A stretch of DNA of 64,000 nucleotides from Dehalococcoidia bacterium (GTDB lineage Bacteria > Chloroflexota > Dehalococcoidia > Lucifugimonadales > UBA3495). Both the position numbers and the translations under genes were made by a program. Numbering within the stretch: the first letter of the stretch is position 1; each line of letters begins with the position of its first letter. Location of the stretch: the NCBI GenBank assembly GCA_965199995.1, contig OZ241328.1, positions 1,143,724 to 1,207,723 of the forward strand. Direction: 5' to 3'. Positions 47,753 to 58,109 of the stretch are shown piece by piece. A model generated the notes under the pieces. That model did not search any database. It saw only the letters and a program-made list of their open reading frames with translations, and was not told the DNA's origin.

Positions 47753-50140
47753 TTACAGAAACACCGTTCGGATAATCTCCATCAGGCGGCGACTGTCTTC
47801 AGGCCCGAGGGTGTGGGCGGCGGCCTCCAGCGTCTCGCGGTAGTGAAGGAGGAAGTCCGGGGCAACCTCGTTTTCGGAGGCCCGCGCTTCGTACAAGGCT
47901 GCCGCTTCCGCCAGCCGGGCTTGTAGCCATTCGTCTCCCTGACGGTAGGCCAGAGAGTTTAGGAATGCTCCATCCTGACTCAGAGAGGTAGAGAGGTTTG
48001 GATATTTCTCCACCCTAGCTTTATCGTAGGCGAAGTAGGCTAACGATTCGATAACCAACCGCTTTTGTCCGCGCTGCTCCAATGCTATCAGCAGGGCACT
48101 TGCCAAGGGAGGGTCCGCCGCAATCAGACGGTGCATTATGCGAGCCGGGGGAGCGGTAACTGCGTCGCTGTTTTCTACCAGTTCTACCGATGCGCCCACG
48201 TCGCCGGATAGCACGGCAACGGCAAAGGCGGGCTGATTCCGGATTAGGCTCTCCAGCGGGAACGGCGTTTCGGAGATGACCCGCAGCACCTCTTCGGGAG
48301 GTCTCTCCGCCATTACCTCGAATAGCCGCTTCAGGAACGGCTCGTCTATCCGGTAGTTTCCAGAAGCCTCCTCGAGAAGCAGCTTTACGCCGTGTTGAAG
48401 ATCTGCTTCCGGGGATTCGGCGGTGATGCCCAGCATTTCCAGCAACCGATCCGGCGTTAGCAAGGTGCGTAACTGCGTCGGAACTGCAGGCATCAGAGCC
48501 TGCACCGTCTGGTTGCTCACGGCGGCCATTGTCCGATTAGCGACGGGCGGGTCGGAGCCGTGGAACAAGTCGAGGAACAACCGCAGGTCTTGCTCATTGG
48601 AGTAACCCGCTTCGGCGAGAAATTTTTCGAGAGCCTGGGCGCCTTGCTCCGCCGACTCTCGGCCTTCGTCGAGAATCCGGTCAGCCGCGCCACCGAAGTG
48701 TTGCAGACGCTGCACGAAGCTGGCTGTGGCTTGTAGTGTGGGGACTTCAGGAATGTCGGGGTGGCCGGCAAACAGCTCCACTAGTGTTCGGTTGTCCAGC
48801 GCAGGCAGGAAGTTAACCAGAAAGGGTTGCGCTTGAATTTGATTTGCAAGGCTGGAAGCGCTTTCCTTTGCGCCGCCGTCCAGCGCGGCAAGGAATTGCA
48901 AGGCGGCGGCGATTGCGTCGGCTCGCGGCAGATGAAGCGAACTTAGATGATTAGGGTGGGCGCGGTGCAAGCGAAGCTTGTCTTGCAGATAGCCGCGCCA
49001 GAACTGAAAATTCTCCTCCAATTGCGCGTCGCCCAAGAGGAGGTCGAACTGCTCTGCCAGGTCTGTAAGGCGCTGCCGTTCCTCCTCCGCCAGCTTTGGC
49101 GCGGCTTCGTCCAGCAGATTGTTCTCTGGGGCGTGGGTCAAACCGTCGGCGTATTCCCGAAGGTCAAAGTGCTGAAACCCGAGAAACTTATCGGCGACAA
49201 CCCGCCGGTCATGGGAGAGGGAAAGATACCAGCCGGCAGCTTGCTCCCAGGTGTAGAACGGGCCATAGTTCAGGAAATAACCCCAGTATCTGCGCAAGAT
49301 AGGAGGAACCAATCCCAAGTCTCCCCCGGTAGTGTATGGGATGTCTGCTTCTAGGCTGTGCAACAAGGGCTCAGTGTTCTCGATGGACAGGCCAGGCAGA
49401 TTGCGAAACCGTTGCCGCAGCATCTCGTAATCGTCCGGGGGCTGGGCCATGAAGGCCAATACGTCTTGGTGATAGCTGGCCAAGGCCGGTGCTACATCTT
49501 CGCCGTCCTGACGCTGCCAACTAAGCCGTTCTCTTCCGATTACCGGGAAACCGCCCCAGTAAGAGTGCATCATCTCGTGCATTGCCGGAACCGGCTTGGC
49601 TTCCCCGATGCCGGCCCATCCGCTAAACCCATAGCTTCCGAAGAAGCCCGGCTCGGCTTTCATTTGCCGCACGTCCAGACTGTGCAGAAGGGCCATCCCG
49701 GCCGGTGTAGGACGGTAGAGAGTCATCATGACGTCAATGCGTTTTCCGACCCATGGCGAGTTGCCCGGATGCGGCGTGGGATGGGAAAATTGCGGAGTTT
49801 GGAAGGGAGTAGGCTGCGATGAAGCAGGCTGCCAGGGAGTTGGCGGTGAACTTGCGGCATCCTGGGAGTGGGTTGTCGACGGACTCGGGGAAGAGCGGAC
49901 TGCCGTCGGGAAAGAACTGGGGATAGACGTTGGTGCCGGCGCAATCGGAGTAGGAAGCGGAAGTCCAACGCCAGGCGCGGGGGAGCCGGCGGGAGAAGGG
50001 CTGATAGTCTGTTGTGGGGGGGAGGCCGGTGGCGAAGAAGTTGCGTCGCCGCACGACGTCAAAATCGCCGCCAGCATGATTGCCGCAAATAACCGAACCG
50101 GATTCGCGGTATAGCGCTGCACTTGGATTACAACCCGCAC
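47753..50140 (-). CDS. Large hypothetical lipoprotein with an HExxH motif and a helical C-terminus
   Basis: Lipobox ILTSC, Pro/Ser linker, MHEMMHSYW; start uncertain. Confidence 0.7.
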   Translation of the reverse strand: MRVVIQVQRYTANPVRLFAAIMLAAILTSCGDATSSPPASPPQQTISPSPAGSPAPGVGLPLPTPIAPAPTSIPSSFPTAVRSSPSPSTTHSQDAASSPPTPWQPASSQPTPFQTPQFSHPTPHPGNSPWVGKRIDVMMTLYRPTPAGMALLHSLDVRQMKAEPGFFGSYGFSGWAGIGEAKPVPAMHEMMHSYWGGFPVIGRERLSWQRQDGEDVAPALASYHQDVLAFMAQPPDDYEMLRQRFRNLPGLSIENTEPLLHSLEADIPYTTGGDLGLVPPILRRYWGYFLNYGPFYTWEQAAGWYLSLSHDRRVVADKFLGFQHFDLREYADGLTHAPENNLLDEAAPKLAEEERQRLTDLAEQFDLLLGDAQLEENFQFWRGYLQDKLRLHRAHPNHLSSLHLPRADAIAAALQFLAALDGGAKESASSLANQIQAQPFLVNFLPALDNRTLVELFAGHPDIPEVPTLQATASFVQRLQHFGGAADRILDEGRESAEQGAQALEKFLAEAGYSNEQDLRLFLDLFHGSDPPVANRTMAAVSNQTVQALMPAVPTQLRTLLTPDRLLEMLGITAESPEADLQHGVKLLLEEASGNYRIDEPFLKRLFEVMAERPPEEVLRVISETPFPLESLIRNQPAFAVAVLSGDVGASVELVENSDAVTAPPARIMHRLIAADPPLASALLIALEQRGQKRLVIESLAYFAYDKARVEKYPNLSTSLSQDGAFLNSLAYRQGDEWLQARLAEAAALYEARASENEVAPDFLLHYRETLEAAAHTLGPEDSRRLMEIIRTVFL

Positions 50141-50318
50141 AATGTTATTGCCTAGCGAGCCTTTGACGAAGTTTGAGCCTTATCGACGCAGTGTTGTAAC
50201 CAGGGTAATCGCACCAGGGCAATCGCGTATGAAGTACAACCCGGTCTCTAGGGAAATCCGGAGTCCAGACTATGGAAGCGCCTGATCTAAGGAACGATGC
50301 CGCGTAGTCCAGTTCGCC

Positions 50319-50344
50319 AATTCCCTCGGACGCGGGAATGACGG
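50319..50344 (-). repeat. Degenerate copy of the palindrome family
   Basis: AATTCCCTCGGACGCGGGAATGACGG. Confidence 0.7.
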
Positions 50345-50479
50345 ATATTAAGCCGTACATATGCAATAGCCCTGTATTGTAATCCGTTTGTATTGTGCCG
50401 CTTGCCTGGGCGCGTCTATAATCGGCCTGTTGTTTCAGCGGTAGGGGACACATAAGATGCGGGATGCGCTTCCCGAGGA

Positions 50480-51871
50480 ATGTGGATGGAATCTAGCTAC
50501 GACCTGGTTGTAATCGGTTCAGGCCCCGGGGGCTACGTGGCAGCTATACGGGCAGGGCAACTCGGAATGAAGGTTGCCATCATCGAAAAGGAAGCCTTGG
50601 GCGGCACCTGCCTTAACTGGGGGTGCATCCCCACCAAGGCCTTGCTCAAGAATGCCGAGATTGTATCCTATGTACGCCGCTCGGAGGAATTTGGACTGAA
50701 ATTCGACGGCTTTTACGCTGACTACGAGGTGGCGATGGCGCGAAGCCGCCGGGTGGTGGACCGCAACACCCGTGGGGTTCGTTTCCTGTTGCGAAAGAAC
50801 AATGTTGAGCATATTGAGGGCGCTGGACGGCTTGCAGGCCCAAATCGCGTCGCCATCGACCCGCAGGGCGCGGTCATCGAAGCCAAGAACATCATCATCG
50901 CCACTGGGTCCCGTCCGCGCGCTATTCCCAGCCTCCCCCTCGACGGCAGCCGCATCATATCCAGTCGCGAGTCCATCGTTCTGACCAATTTGCCGTCATC
51001 CATAATTATAGTAGGGGGCGGGGCCATAGGCGTCGAATTTGCCTACATCTACGCGATGTACGGCGTTGAGGTCACCATCGTAGAACTCCTGCCCAGTCTG
51101 GTGCCAAATGAAGACGAAGACATCAGCTCCCAGCTTGAGCGCTCCTTCAAGGCGTTGGGGATTAACATTCTCACCGGCACCGCGGTGACCGGGGCGCAGA
51201 TCCGGCCCGGCGGGGTTGTGGTAGCGGTGGAGCAGGAGGGCGCCGCCCAGACCATCGAGACGGAAATGGTTCTGGTGGCCGTCGGCGTCCAACCCAACGT
51301 CGAAGAGCTAGGGCTGGAAACAGCCGGGGTTGGCGTAGAACGAGCCGGAATTACGGTGGACGAGTTCATGGCTACCGGCGCGCCTGGCGTCTATGCTATC
51401 GGCGACGTCACCGGTAAGATGCCGCTGGCCCATGTGGCGTCTGCGCAGGCGGTTACTGCCGTGGAACACATCATGGGGATGAAACCCCAGCCGATGGACT
51501 ACGGGAATATGCCCAGGACTACCTACTGCAACCCCCAGATCGCCAGCTTCGGTCTGACCGAGGGGCAGGCCAGGGAGCAGGGCTACGACGTCAGCATCGG
51601 CATATTCAACGCCCAGGCAAACGGAAAAGCCTTGGCCATGGGTGAGTCCGAGGGCCTGGTGAAACTGGTAGTGGACTCCCGGTACGGTGAGCTGTTGGGC
51701 GGCCACATGATTGGCCCGGAAGTCACTGAACTCCTGGGGGAACTCTCCATGACCAAGATGCTGGAAGGCACTACCTTGGAGTTGGGCTGGACTGTCCATC
51801 CACACCCTTCGTTATCCGAGATGCTGAAGGAGGCCGCCCTCTCCGCTCAAGGACGCGCAGTCCATATGTAG
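50480..51871 (+). CDS. lpdA: Dihydrolipoamide dehydrogenase (E3)
   Basis: GSGPGGY, GGTCLNWGCIPTK, HPHPSLSE. Confidence 0.96.
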   Translation: MWMESSYDLVVIGSGPGGYVAAIRAGQLGMKVAIIEKEALGGTCLNWGCIPTKALLKNAEIVSYVRRSEEFGLKFDGFYADYEVAMARSRRVVDRNTRGVRFLLRKNNVEHIEGAGRLAGPNRVAIDPQGAVIEAKNIIIATGSRPRAIPSLPLDGSRIISSRESIVLTNLPSSIIIVGGGAIGVEFAYIYAMYGVEVTIVELLPSLVPNEDEDISSQLERSFKALGINILTGTAVTGAQIRPGGVVVAVEQEGAAQTIETEMVLVAVGVQPNVEELGLETAGVGVERAGITVDEFMATGAPGVYAIGDVTGKMPLAHVASAQAVTAVEHIMGMKPQPMDYGNMPRTTYCNPQIASFGLTEGQAREQGYDVSIGIFNAQANGKALAMGESEGLVKLVVDSRYGELLGGHMIGPEVTELLGELSMTKMLEGTTLELGWTVHPHPSLSEMLKEAALSAQGRAVHM

Positions 51872-52085
51872 CTTCTTTATGTAGCTTCTTTCCTGGGGCT
51901 GTTTCCCGTCCTGATTCGCATGAATTCGTAAAATATACAGTCTATTTCTGTGATATGCGTCAAATCATTTGTATAGCCCCGAGGCGGGCGGTATACTTAG
52001 GCCGCTCTTGGTAGAAAAGAGATAAAACCGGAAAGTTCCGCCACCGCCAACGCGCAGGTGCGGCACGGATTGGAGGAGCGTTCAC

Positions 52086-53858
52086 ATGGCATTGGGTAAG
52101 TACGATTTCGCAATGGGCATCGGCGGCGAAGCCGGCCAGGGCATTGCCACCCCAGGCGACATTTTCGCGCGTATCGTTGTCCGGCGCGGGCTGCATCTCA
52201 GCACCTACAACGCCTACCAGTCCATCATCCGCGGCGGCCATATTTTCCTCACCTTGCGCATCTGCGACCAAGAAATGTTCAGCCATGGCGACAAGCTAGA
52301 CCTTCTGCTCTGCCTGAACCAGGACACCATGGACCGGCATCAGCGCCACATTGGGCCCGGAGGCCGGGTGTTGTTCAACGGCGACTCGGTGACCCCGGGC
52401 GAGTCCAGCGGCGGCGACCTATGCGCGATTCCCGTTGGCGAGCTTACTCAGAGCCGCAATCGCCTCATTCAGAACACTGTGATGATGGGCGCAGTCGTTT
52501 CCCTGATGGGCATTGACTTCCGAGTTCTGCAAGACAGCCTGGAACTGCGATTCGCCCGTCAAGGGCAACAAGTCGTGGACCAGAACGTGGACGTGGCCCG
52601 GGCCGGATTCGACTACGCTCAGAACAACTTCCGGCCCTTCGATCTGCCTATGCCCGACGGCGGCAAACCCCTGGCCGTTTGGTCTGGCAACGAGGCTATT
52701 GCCATGGGGGGGGCGGCAGCAGGGGTCAAGTTTTATGCGGCTTACCCAATGAGTCCCGCATCGGGCATTCTGCACTGGATGGCCTCCAACGCCCGCAACC
52801 TGGGCATCATGGTGCGGCAGGTAGAGGACGAAATCGGCGTCTCCAACATGGTCATCGGCGCGGCCCATACCGGCGTCCGGTCTATGTGTGCCACGTCGGG
52901 CGGCGGCTTCGCCTTGATGACGGAAGCGGTCGGTAGCGCCGGAATGATGGAGATTCCGGTGGTGTACATCGACGTGCAGCGGGCCGGCCCATCCACCGGC
53001 GTCCCCACCAAAACGGAGCAGGGTGATCTGTGGCAGGTGCTGGGGGCCAGCCAGGGCGATTACGAGCGGGTTGTTGTCGCGCCCCTGAACGCCCTCGACG
53101 CTTTCAACACTATGCCCGAGCTATATAACCTGACCGACAAGCTCCAGTGTCCCGGCATATTGATTTCCGACCTGCTCATTTCCGAAGGCCGGTACAGTGT
53201 TGACCCGGACCTGATAGATATGCATCCGGCCATCGACCGGGGGCAGCTCGTCACTGAACCTTCCCTCAACGGATACAAGCGCTACGAAAATACCGAAAGC
53301 GGAATTTCCCCTCGGGCCATCCCAGGTCTTGAAGGGCACGTTCATGTTGTCGCCACGGACGAGCATGACGAGGACTCGACCCTCATCAGCGACGAGTTCA
53401 CTAACCCCCACAAGCGCCGGATGATGGTGGAGAAACGGGGCCGCAAGATGCAGAACGCCCAAGCCTTGGTAGCCCCCCCTGAACTGGAAGGCTCCGAGGA
53501 CGCTGAGGTGACCCTTGTCGGCTGGGGATCGACCCACGGAACCATCAAGGAAGCGATAGAGTTGCTGGCCGAACGGGGCGTAACCGCCAACCAGCTCGCC
53601 ATAAAGTGGATTATCCCATTCCATTCCGATGAAGTGAATGCCATTCTTACTGGCGCAAAGCGGGTCATCCTGGTGGAAAATAACTACTCCGGCCAGTTCG
53701 CCCGCTACCTGCGTAGTGAAACCGGCTTCGCTGCCCACGGGCATATCCGCAAGTACGACGGCGAGCCCTTTATGCCCCACCACATCGTAGACGGCGTGAT
53801 GGAGCTGGTGGCGGATAAGGTCAGACAATTCGTACCGTACCAAGAGATAGTGGTCTAG
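52086..53858 (+). CDS. korA: 2-oxoacid:ferredoxin oxidoreductase alpha subunit (fused gamma-alpha)
   Basis: GGEAGQGI, IRGGH, YPMSPAS, QVEDEI, TSGGGFALM, QRAGPSTGVPT. Confidence 0.95.
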   Translation: MALGKYDFAMGIGGEAGQGIATPGDIFARIVVRRGLHLSTYNAYQSIIRGGHIFLTLRICDQEMFSHGDKLDLLLCLNQDTMDRHQRHIGPGGRVLFNGDSVTPGESSGGDLCAIPVGELTQSRNRLIQNTVMMGAVVSLMGIDFRVLQDSLELRFARQGQQVVDQNVDVARAGFDYAQNNFRPFDLPMPDGGKPLAVWSGNEAIAMGGAAAGVKFYAAYPMSPASGILHWMASNARNLGIMVRQVEDEIGVSNMVIGAAHTGVRSMCATSGGGFALMTEAVGSAGMMEIPVVYIDVQRAGPSTGVPTKTEQGDLWQVLGASQGDYERVVVAPLNALDAFNTMPELYNLTDKLQCPGILISDLLISEGRYSVDPDLIDMHPAIDRGQLVTEPSLNGYKRYENTESGISPRAIPGLEGHVHVVATDEHDEDSTLISDEFTNPHKRRMMVEKRGRKMQNAQALVAPPELEGSEDAEVTLVGWGSTHGTIKEAIELLAERGVTANQLAIKWIIPFHSDEVNAILTGAKRVILVENNYSGQFARYLRSETGFAAHGHIRKYDGEPFMPHHIVDGVMELVADKVRQFVPYQEIVV

Positions 53859-53941
53859 ACTGCGAGCCGCTTTTCAGCCCTGGACGAACAGTTCCGAAAC
53901 CTGCGGAGAAGTCCGCAAGACTTGGCGAAAGAGGTGATTCC

Positions 53942-54847
53942 ATGGCTACCGTAGGTGTAGGTAACGCCAGGACAGAGATTCAGCTAACCGCAAGGGACTT
54001 CAGGGGGCAGGTGAATCCCGACTGGTGCCCCGGATGCGGCGACTTCGGCGTCCTCAATTCCTTGCAGCGAGTCTGCGCAGAGTTGGGTCTTCAACCTCAC
54101 GAGATATTGACTGTCAGCGGCATTGGCTGTTCCTCCAATCTGCCGGGATATTTCAACTCCTACGGCATGCATACTTTGCACGGCCGCGCCCTGGCGGTAG
54201 CCACCGGCGCAAAGCTGGCTAATCACGACTTGACGGTGTTTGTAACCGGCGGCGATGGCGACGGATACGGCATCGGCGGGAACCACTTCGCCCACTCCGC
54301 CCGCCGCAACATTGACCTTACATACATAGTGATGAACAATCAGATATACGGCCTTACCACCGGGCAAATCTCGCCCACCAGCAGCTATGGGATGAATACC
54401 AAGAGCACTCCCTTCGGTTCCGTTGAGGCCCCGGTCAACCCCATCACAAGCGCCATAATGAATGGCGCGTCCTACGTCGCCCGAGGATATAGCGGCGATG
54501 TGCGCCACCTCACAGAGTTAATCAAGGGCGGCGTTCGGCACAAGGGGTTTGCGCTGATAGACGTATTCAGCCCTTGTGTCACTTTTAACCGGGATAATAC
54601 CCACGATTTCTTCAAGGACCGCGTGGTGAAACTCGAGGACGAAGAGCATGATCCCTCGGACTGGAAGGCGGCTTGCGAGAAAGCGCTGACATGGGGCGAG
54701 ACAATTTACACCGGCCTGTTCTTCCAGAAAGAGTCGGTCTCACTGATTGAAGCCGAACAAGTCCTCTCTAAGGAAGGCCCTTTGGCCCACCGTCCTCTGG
54801 GACTCAGCGAGGAGCAGGCCCAGCGCATCATTCAGCGCATGATGTAG
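53942..54847 (+). CDS. korB: 2-oxoacid:ferredoxin oxidoreductase beta subunit
   Basis: WCPGCGDF, SGIGCS, HGR, GDGD, NNQIYGLT.GQ.SPT, SPCVTFN. Confidence 0.96.
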   Translation: MATVGVGNARTEIQLTARDFRGQVNPDWCPGCGDFGVLNSLQRVCAELGLQPHEILTVSGIGCSSNLPGYFNSYGMHTLHGRALAVATGAKLANHDLTVFVTGGDGDGYGIGGNHFAHSARRNIDLTYIVMNNQIYGLTTGQISPTSSYGMNTKSTPFGSVEAPVNPITSAIMNGASYVARGYSGDVRHLTELIKGGVRHKGFALIDVFSPCVTFNRDNTHDFFKDRVVKLEDEEHDPSDWKAACEKALTWGETIYTGLFFQKESVSLIEAEQVLSKEGPLAHRPLGLSEEQAQRIIQRMM

Positions 54848-54873
54848 GTCTTCCTGAGCAAGCTTGAGAAACT

Positions 54874-54903
54874 AGGGAGCACCGATTGCGGCGCTCCCTT
54901 TTT
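54874..54903 (+). terminator. Intrinsic terminator after korB
   Basis: AGGGAGC-ACCGATTGCGGC-GCTCCCT-TTTT. Confidence 0.75.
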
Positions 54904-55033
54904 CGTTTATCGAAAAGCCTGCGTCATCAAATGAACGACAGGCCTACTGTTGCCCATAGTTGCGGCTTGCTTTAATATCTACGCGAACACCAAAGGGAAG
55001 AAAATCTGGCTTTCAGCAGGACAGGAGGCAGAC

Positions 55034-56419
55034 TTGGCTACGTCCATTGTGATGCCGCAGTTGGGCTACGATATGCGAGAGGGCACCGTCGTCCGCTGGA
55101 TTAAGCAGGAAGGCGAAGAAGTAGCAGCCAATGAGGTTATCGCCGAAATAGAAACGGACAAGGCAGTGGTCGAATTCAAGCCCACCACCGGCGGCGTGCT
55201 GCGCCGCATCGTCGCTGGAGAGGGGATAGCCGTCCCAGTGGGCGAGCTCATCGCCGTAATCGGGGACGCAGACGAGGCCCTTCCCGATGACCTCAGCAGC
55301 CCGGATGCCCTAGCCCCCGCCGCTGCTGCCGAGCCAGCAACCGCTCCTGCGCCTTCCGCTGCGCCGGCTGTCGCGCCATCCGGCGAAGTGCGCGCGTCGC
55401 CCATCGCCCGGCGTCTCGCCCGGGAGCGCGGAGTTGACCTGGCCGCCGTAACCGGCACAGGTCCCGGCGGGCGCATCGTCGAAGCCGACGTGATAGCCGC
55501 GGCCGATGCTGCCCACGCTGCCGCCGAAACTGGTCGTGTCTTAGCCTCGCCGCTGGCGCGCCGCCTCGCCCGCGAGCAAGGGATTGACTTAGCCGCCATA
55601 ACCGGCACCGGTCCTGGTGGGCGCATCGTCGAAGCCGACGTGATAGCCGCGGCCGCCGCTCAGCCTCCTTCCGAACCGGCCCCCTCCAAGGCTCCTGCGC
55701 CGGCCGTTGCCCCAGCGCCTGTTCCTGCTCCGGAAGGGACAGAGCAGGCCGAGCTGTCCCGAATGCGCCAGGCCATTGCCAGCGTCACTTCCGGCAGCAA
55801 ACGCGATGCCCCGCACTTCTACGTTGCGGTTGACATTGATATGACCGCGGCAATGGCCCTGCGGCGCGACATAAACGACGAGTTGCCCTCGTCCAGCCGG
55901 GTCAGTGTCAACGACCTTATCGTGAAGGCATCGGCCCTGGCTATTGGTAAGCACCCTAAATTCAACTCCTTTTATCGGGGCGACTACCTGCAGATGAATC
56001 CGTCCATCAACGTTGGCATAGCCATCGCGTTGGAGTCAGGCCTCATCGTTCCCTGCATATCGGAATGCGAAAGTAAGTCCCTGGTCCAGATTGCCGCCGC
56101 AAGCCGAGACCTGATAGACCGCGCTAACAACGGGCGGCTGCAAGCCGAGGAATATACCGGCACCACGTACAGCGTAAGCAACCTGGGAATGTTCGACGTT
56201 GACAGCTTCACTGCCATCATATACCCGCCCCATGCCGCCATCCTGGCCGTGGGCGCGGTCAAGGAGCAGCCAGTGGTTAGAGGTGGCCAACTGGCTATCG
56301 CGGAGATAATGAAGGCGACTCTTTCCGTTGACCACCGCGTGGCCGACGGGGCCGAGGCGGCTCAGTTCCTCATGGAAATCAAGCGCCTGCTGGAAAAGCC
56401 CGTGAGCCTGCTGCTTTAA
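55034..56419 (+). CDS. Dihydrolipoamide acyltransferase (E2) with one lipoyl and two peripheral-subunit-binding domains
   Basis: ETDKA lipoyl site; two ASP.ARRLARE.G.DL...GTGPGGRI repeats; DHRVADG; TTG start after AGGAGG. Confidence 0.94.
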   Translation: MATSIVMPQLGYDMREGTVVRWIKQEGEEVAANEVIAEIETDKAVVEFKPTTGGVLRRIVAGEGIAVPVGELIAVIGDADEALPDDLSSPDALAPAAAAEPATAPAPSAAPAVAPSGEVRASPIARRLARERGVDLAAVTGTGPGGRIVEADVIAAADAAHAAAETGRVLASPLARRLAREQGIDLAAITGTGPGGRIVEADVIAAAAAQPPSEPAPSKAPAPAVAPAPVPAPEGTEQAELSRMRQAIASVTSGSKRDAPHFYVAVDIDMTAAMALRRDINDELPSSSRVSVNDLIVKASALAIGKHPKFNSFYRGDYLQMNPSINVGIAIALESGLIVPCISECESKSLVQIAAASRDLIDRANNGRLQAEEYTGTTYSVSNLGMFDVDSFTAIIYPPHAAILAVGAVKEQPVVRGGQLAIAEIMKATLSVDHRVADGAEAAQFLMEIKRLLEKPVSLLL

Positions 56420-56468
56420 CCGAGGTAATCCTGTTGCATATAGCAATGTTAAGCTAAGGAGTACAGCC

Positions 56469-58106
56469 GTGCCTAACCTGACCGGAGGTCAAGCCGTCGC
56501 CGAGTCCCTGAAAGCGCAGGGAGTGGATACGGTTTTTGGCATCATTAGCATACATAATCTGGATTTGTTTGACGCCCTTTTTGACCGGCAGGACAGCTTA
56601 AGGTTTATCGGCGGGCGGCTGGAGCTGGGCTGCGGATTCATGGCCGACGGCTATGCCCGGGCTACCGGCAAACCCGGAGTGCTCATCACTAGCACTGGCC
56701 CGGGCGCTGCCGACTCCATGGGCGCCATGGGAGAAGCCTACTTCTCTGGCTCGCCGCTGCTTCAGGTTACCACCAACGTTGAAAGCGACTTCATTGGCCA
56801 GGGCCGGAACACCACCCACGAGACCAAGAATCAACTCGGAATGTTCGAGGCCGTAACAGACTGGAACGCCATGATAAGGGAGATTGAATCCATCCCCGAC
56901 AATCTGCTGGAAGCATTTCAGCGCTTTCAGAACCGCCGCCCTCGCCCTGTCGAGTTGGAGCTGCCCACCGACCTGCTAGGCAATCGCGCTGACGTGGAAA
57001 TTATCGGCCCCCGCGACGCCGGCACTCCTCAGGGCGATCCGGCCAGAGTGGAGCAGGCGCTGCAGATGCTGCTGACGGCCAAGCGGCCTGCCATCATCGT
57101 TGGCGAAGAGGTGCAGATGCTGGGCGGAACCGAGGAAATCGTCCGTTTGGCCGAAGCCTTGGGCACTCCAGTGGTAACTTCCGATGGTGCCAAGGGCGCT
57201 TTCCCAGAAGACCACCCGCTGTCTCTAGGTCAGATGCTAGGCCGTCGCATCTGGGGCGACAACCCGGTGCAAGACTGGCTTGCCACCTGTGACGCTGTGG
57301 TGATCCTAGGCTCGATAATGCCCTACCGATCCACCAGCGGCGTACAACTGAAGTTGCCGGACACTGTGGTTCATGTTCTGTTGGACGGCGATGCCATAGG
57401 CAAAAATTACAGCGCCACCGTTCCCATAATCGCCAACTCCCAGGCCGTGACGCAGCAATGGCTCGACGCCATAGGAAGCAGCGATGTAGGCAAAGGCCAG
57501 GCGTATCTCGATGAAGTCGCCTCCCTCAAGAAGGACATACACCAGTCCCTCCAACAGACATGGGGCAATGAACTGCGGGTGTTCGAGACAATTCGGGAAG
57601 CGACGGCCCGCGAAACGATTTTCTCGCTGGACCCAACGGTTCCTGCTAGTCGCGCCGCCCGTTGTCTGCCCATCTACGGCCCTCGCAAATACATGCATCC
57701 CCATGGGTGGGCGGGTCTCGGCTTCGCCTTCCCCGCCGGTCTGGGCGCGAAAGTGGGCCAGCCGGACAGCCCGGTGGTCTGCGTCACCGGCGACGGCGGG
57801 TTCCAGTACAACTTCCAGGAACTGGCCACTGCGGCCCAGTACGACATTCATCCGGTCATCCTGATGTTCAATGATAATGCTTGGGGCGTGCTAAAGAAGT
57901 ACCAACAGGACCGCTACGGCGACCGACTGTTCGCCACAGACCTGGTTAATCCGGATTTCATCAAGTTGTTCGAGTCTTACGGGTTCGGCGGGACCCGTGT
58001 CTCCAGCGTTGCTGAACTGGGCCCGGCCCTCGACGCCGCCATATCATCCGGCAAGACCCACTTGGTCGAAGTATCCACTCCCGACGGCTTTGGTGCATTG
58101 ACGTAG
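56469..58106 (+). CDS. TPP-dependent enzyme (acetolactate synthase-like)
   Basis: FMADGYARATGKPGV, TGPG, GDGGFQY...ND. Confidence 0.92.
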   Translation: MPNLTGGQAVAESLKAQGVDTVFGIISIHNLDLFDALFDRQDSLRFIGGRLELGCGFMADGYARATGKPGVLITSTGPGAADSMGAMGEAYFSGSPLLQVTTNVESDFIGQGRNTTHETKNQLGMFEAVTDWNAMIREIESIPDNLLEAFQRFQNRRPRPVELELPTDLLGNRADVEIIGPRDAGTPQGDPARVEQALQMLLTAKRPAIIVGEEVQMLGGTEEIVRLAEALGTPVVTSDGAKGAFPEDHPLSLGQMLGRRIWGDNPVQDWLATCDAVVILGSIMPYRSTSGVQLKLPDTVVHVLLDGDAIGKNYSATVPIIANSQAVTQQWLDAIGSSDVGKGQAYLDEVASLKKDIHQSLQQTWGNELRVFETIREATARETIFSLDPTVPASRAARCLPIYGPRKYMHPHGWAGLGFAFPAGLGAKVGQPDSPVVCVTGDGGFQYNFQELATAAQYDIHPVILMFNDNAWGVLKKYQQDRYGDRLFATDLVNPDFIKLFESYGFGGTRVSSVAELGPALDAAISSGKTHLVEVSTPDGFGALT

Positions 58107-58109
58107 AAT

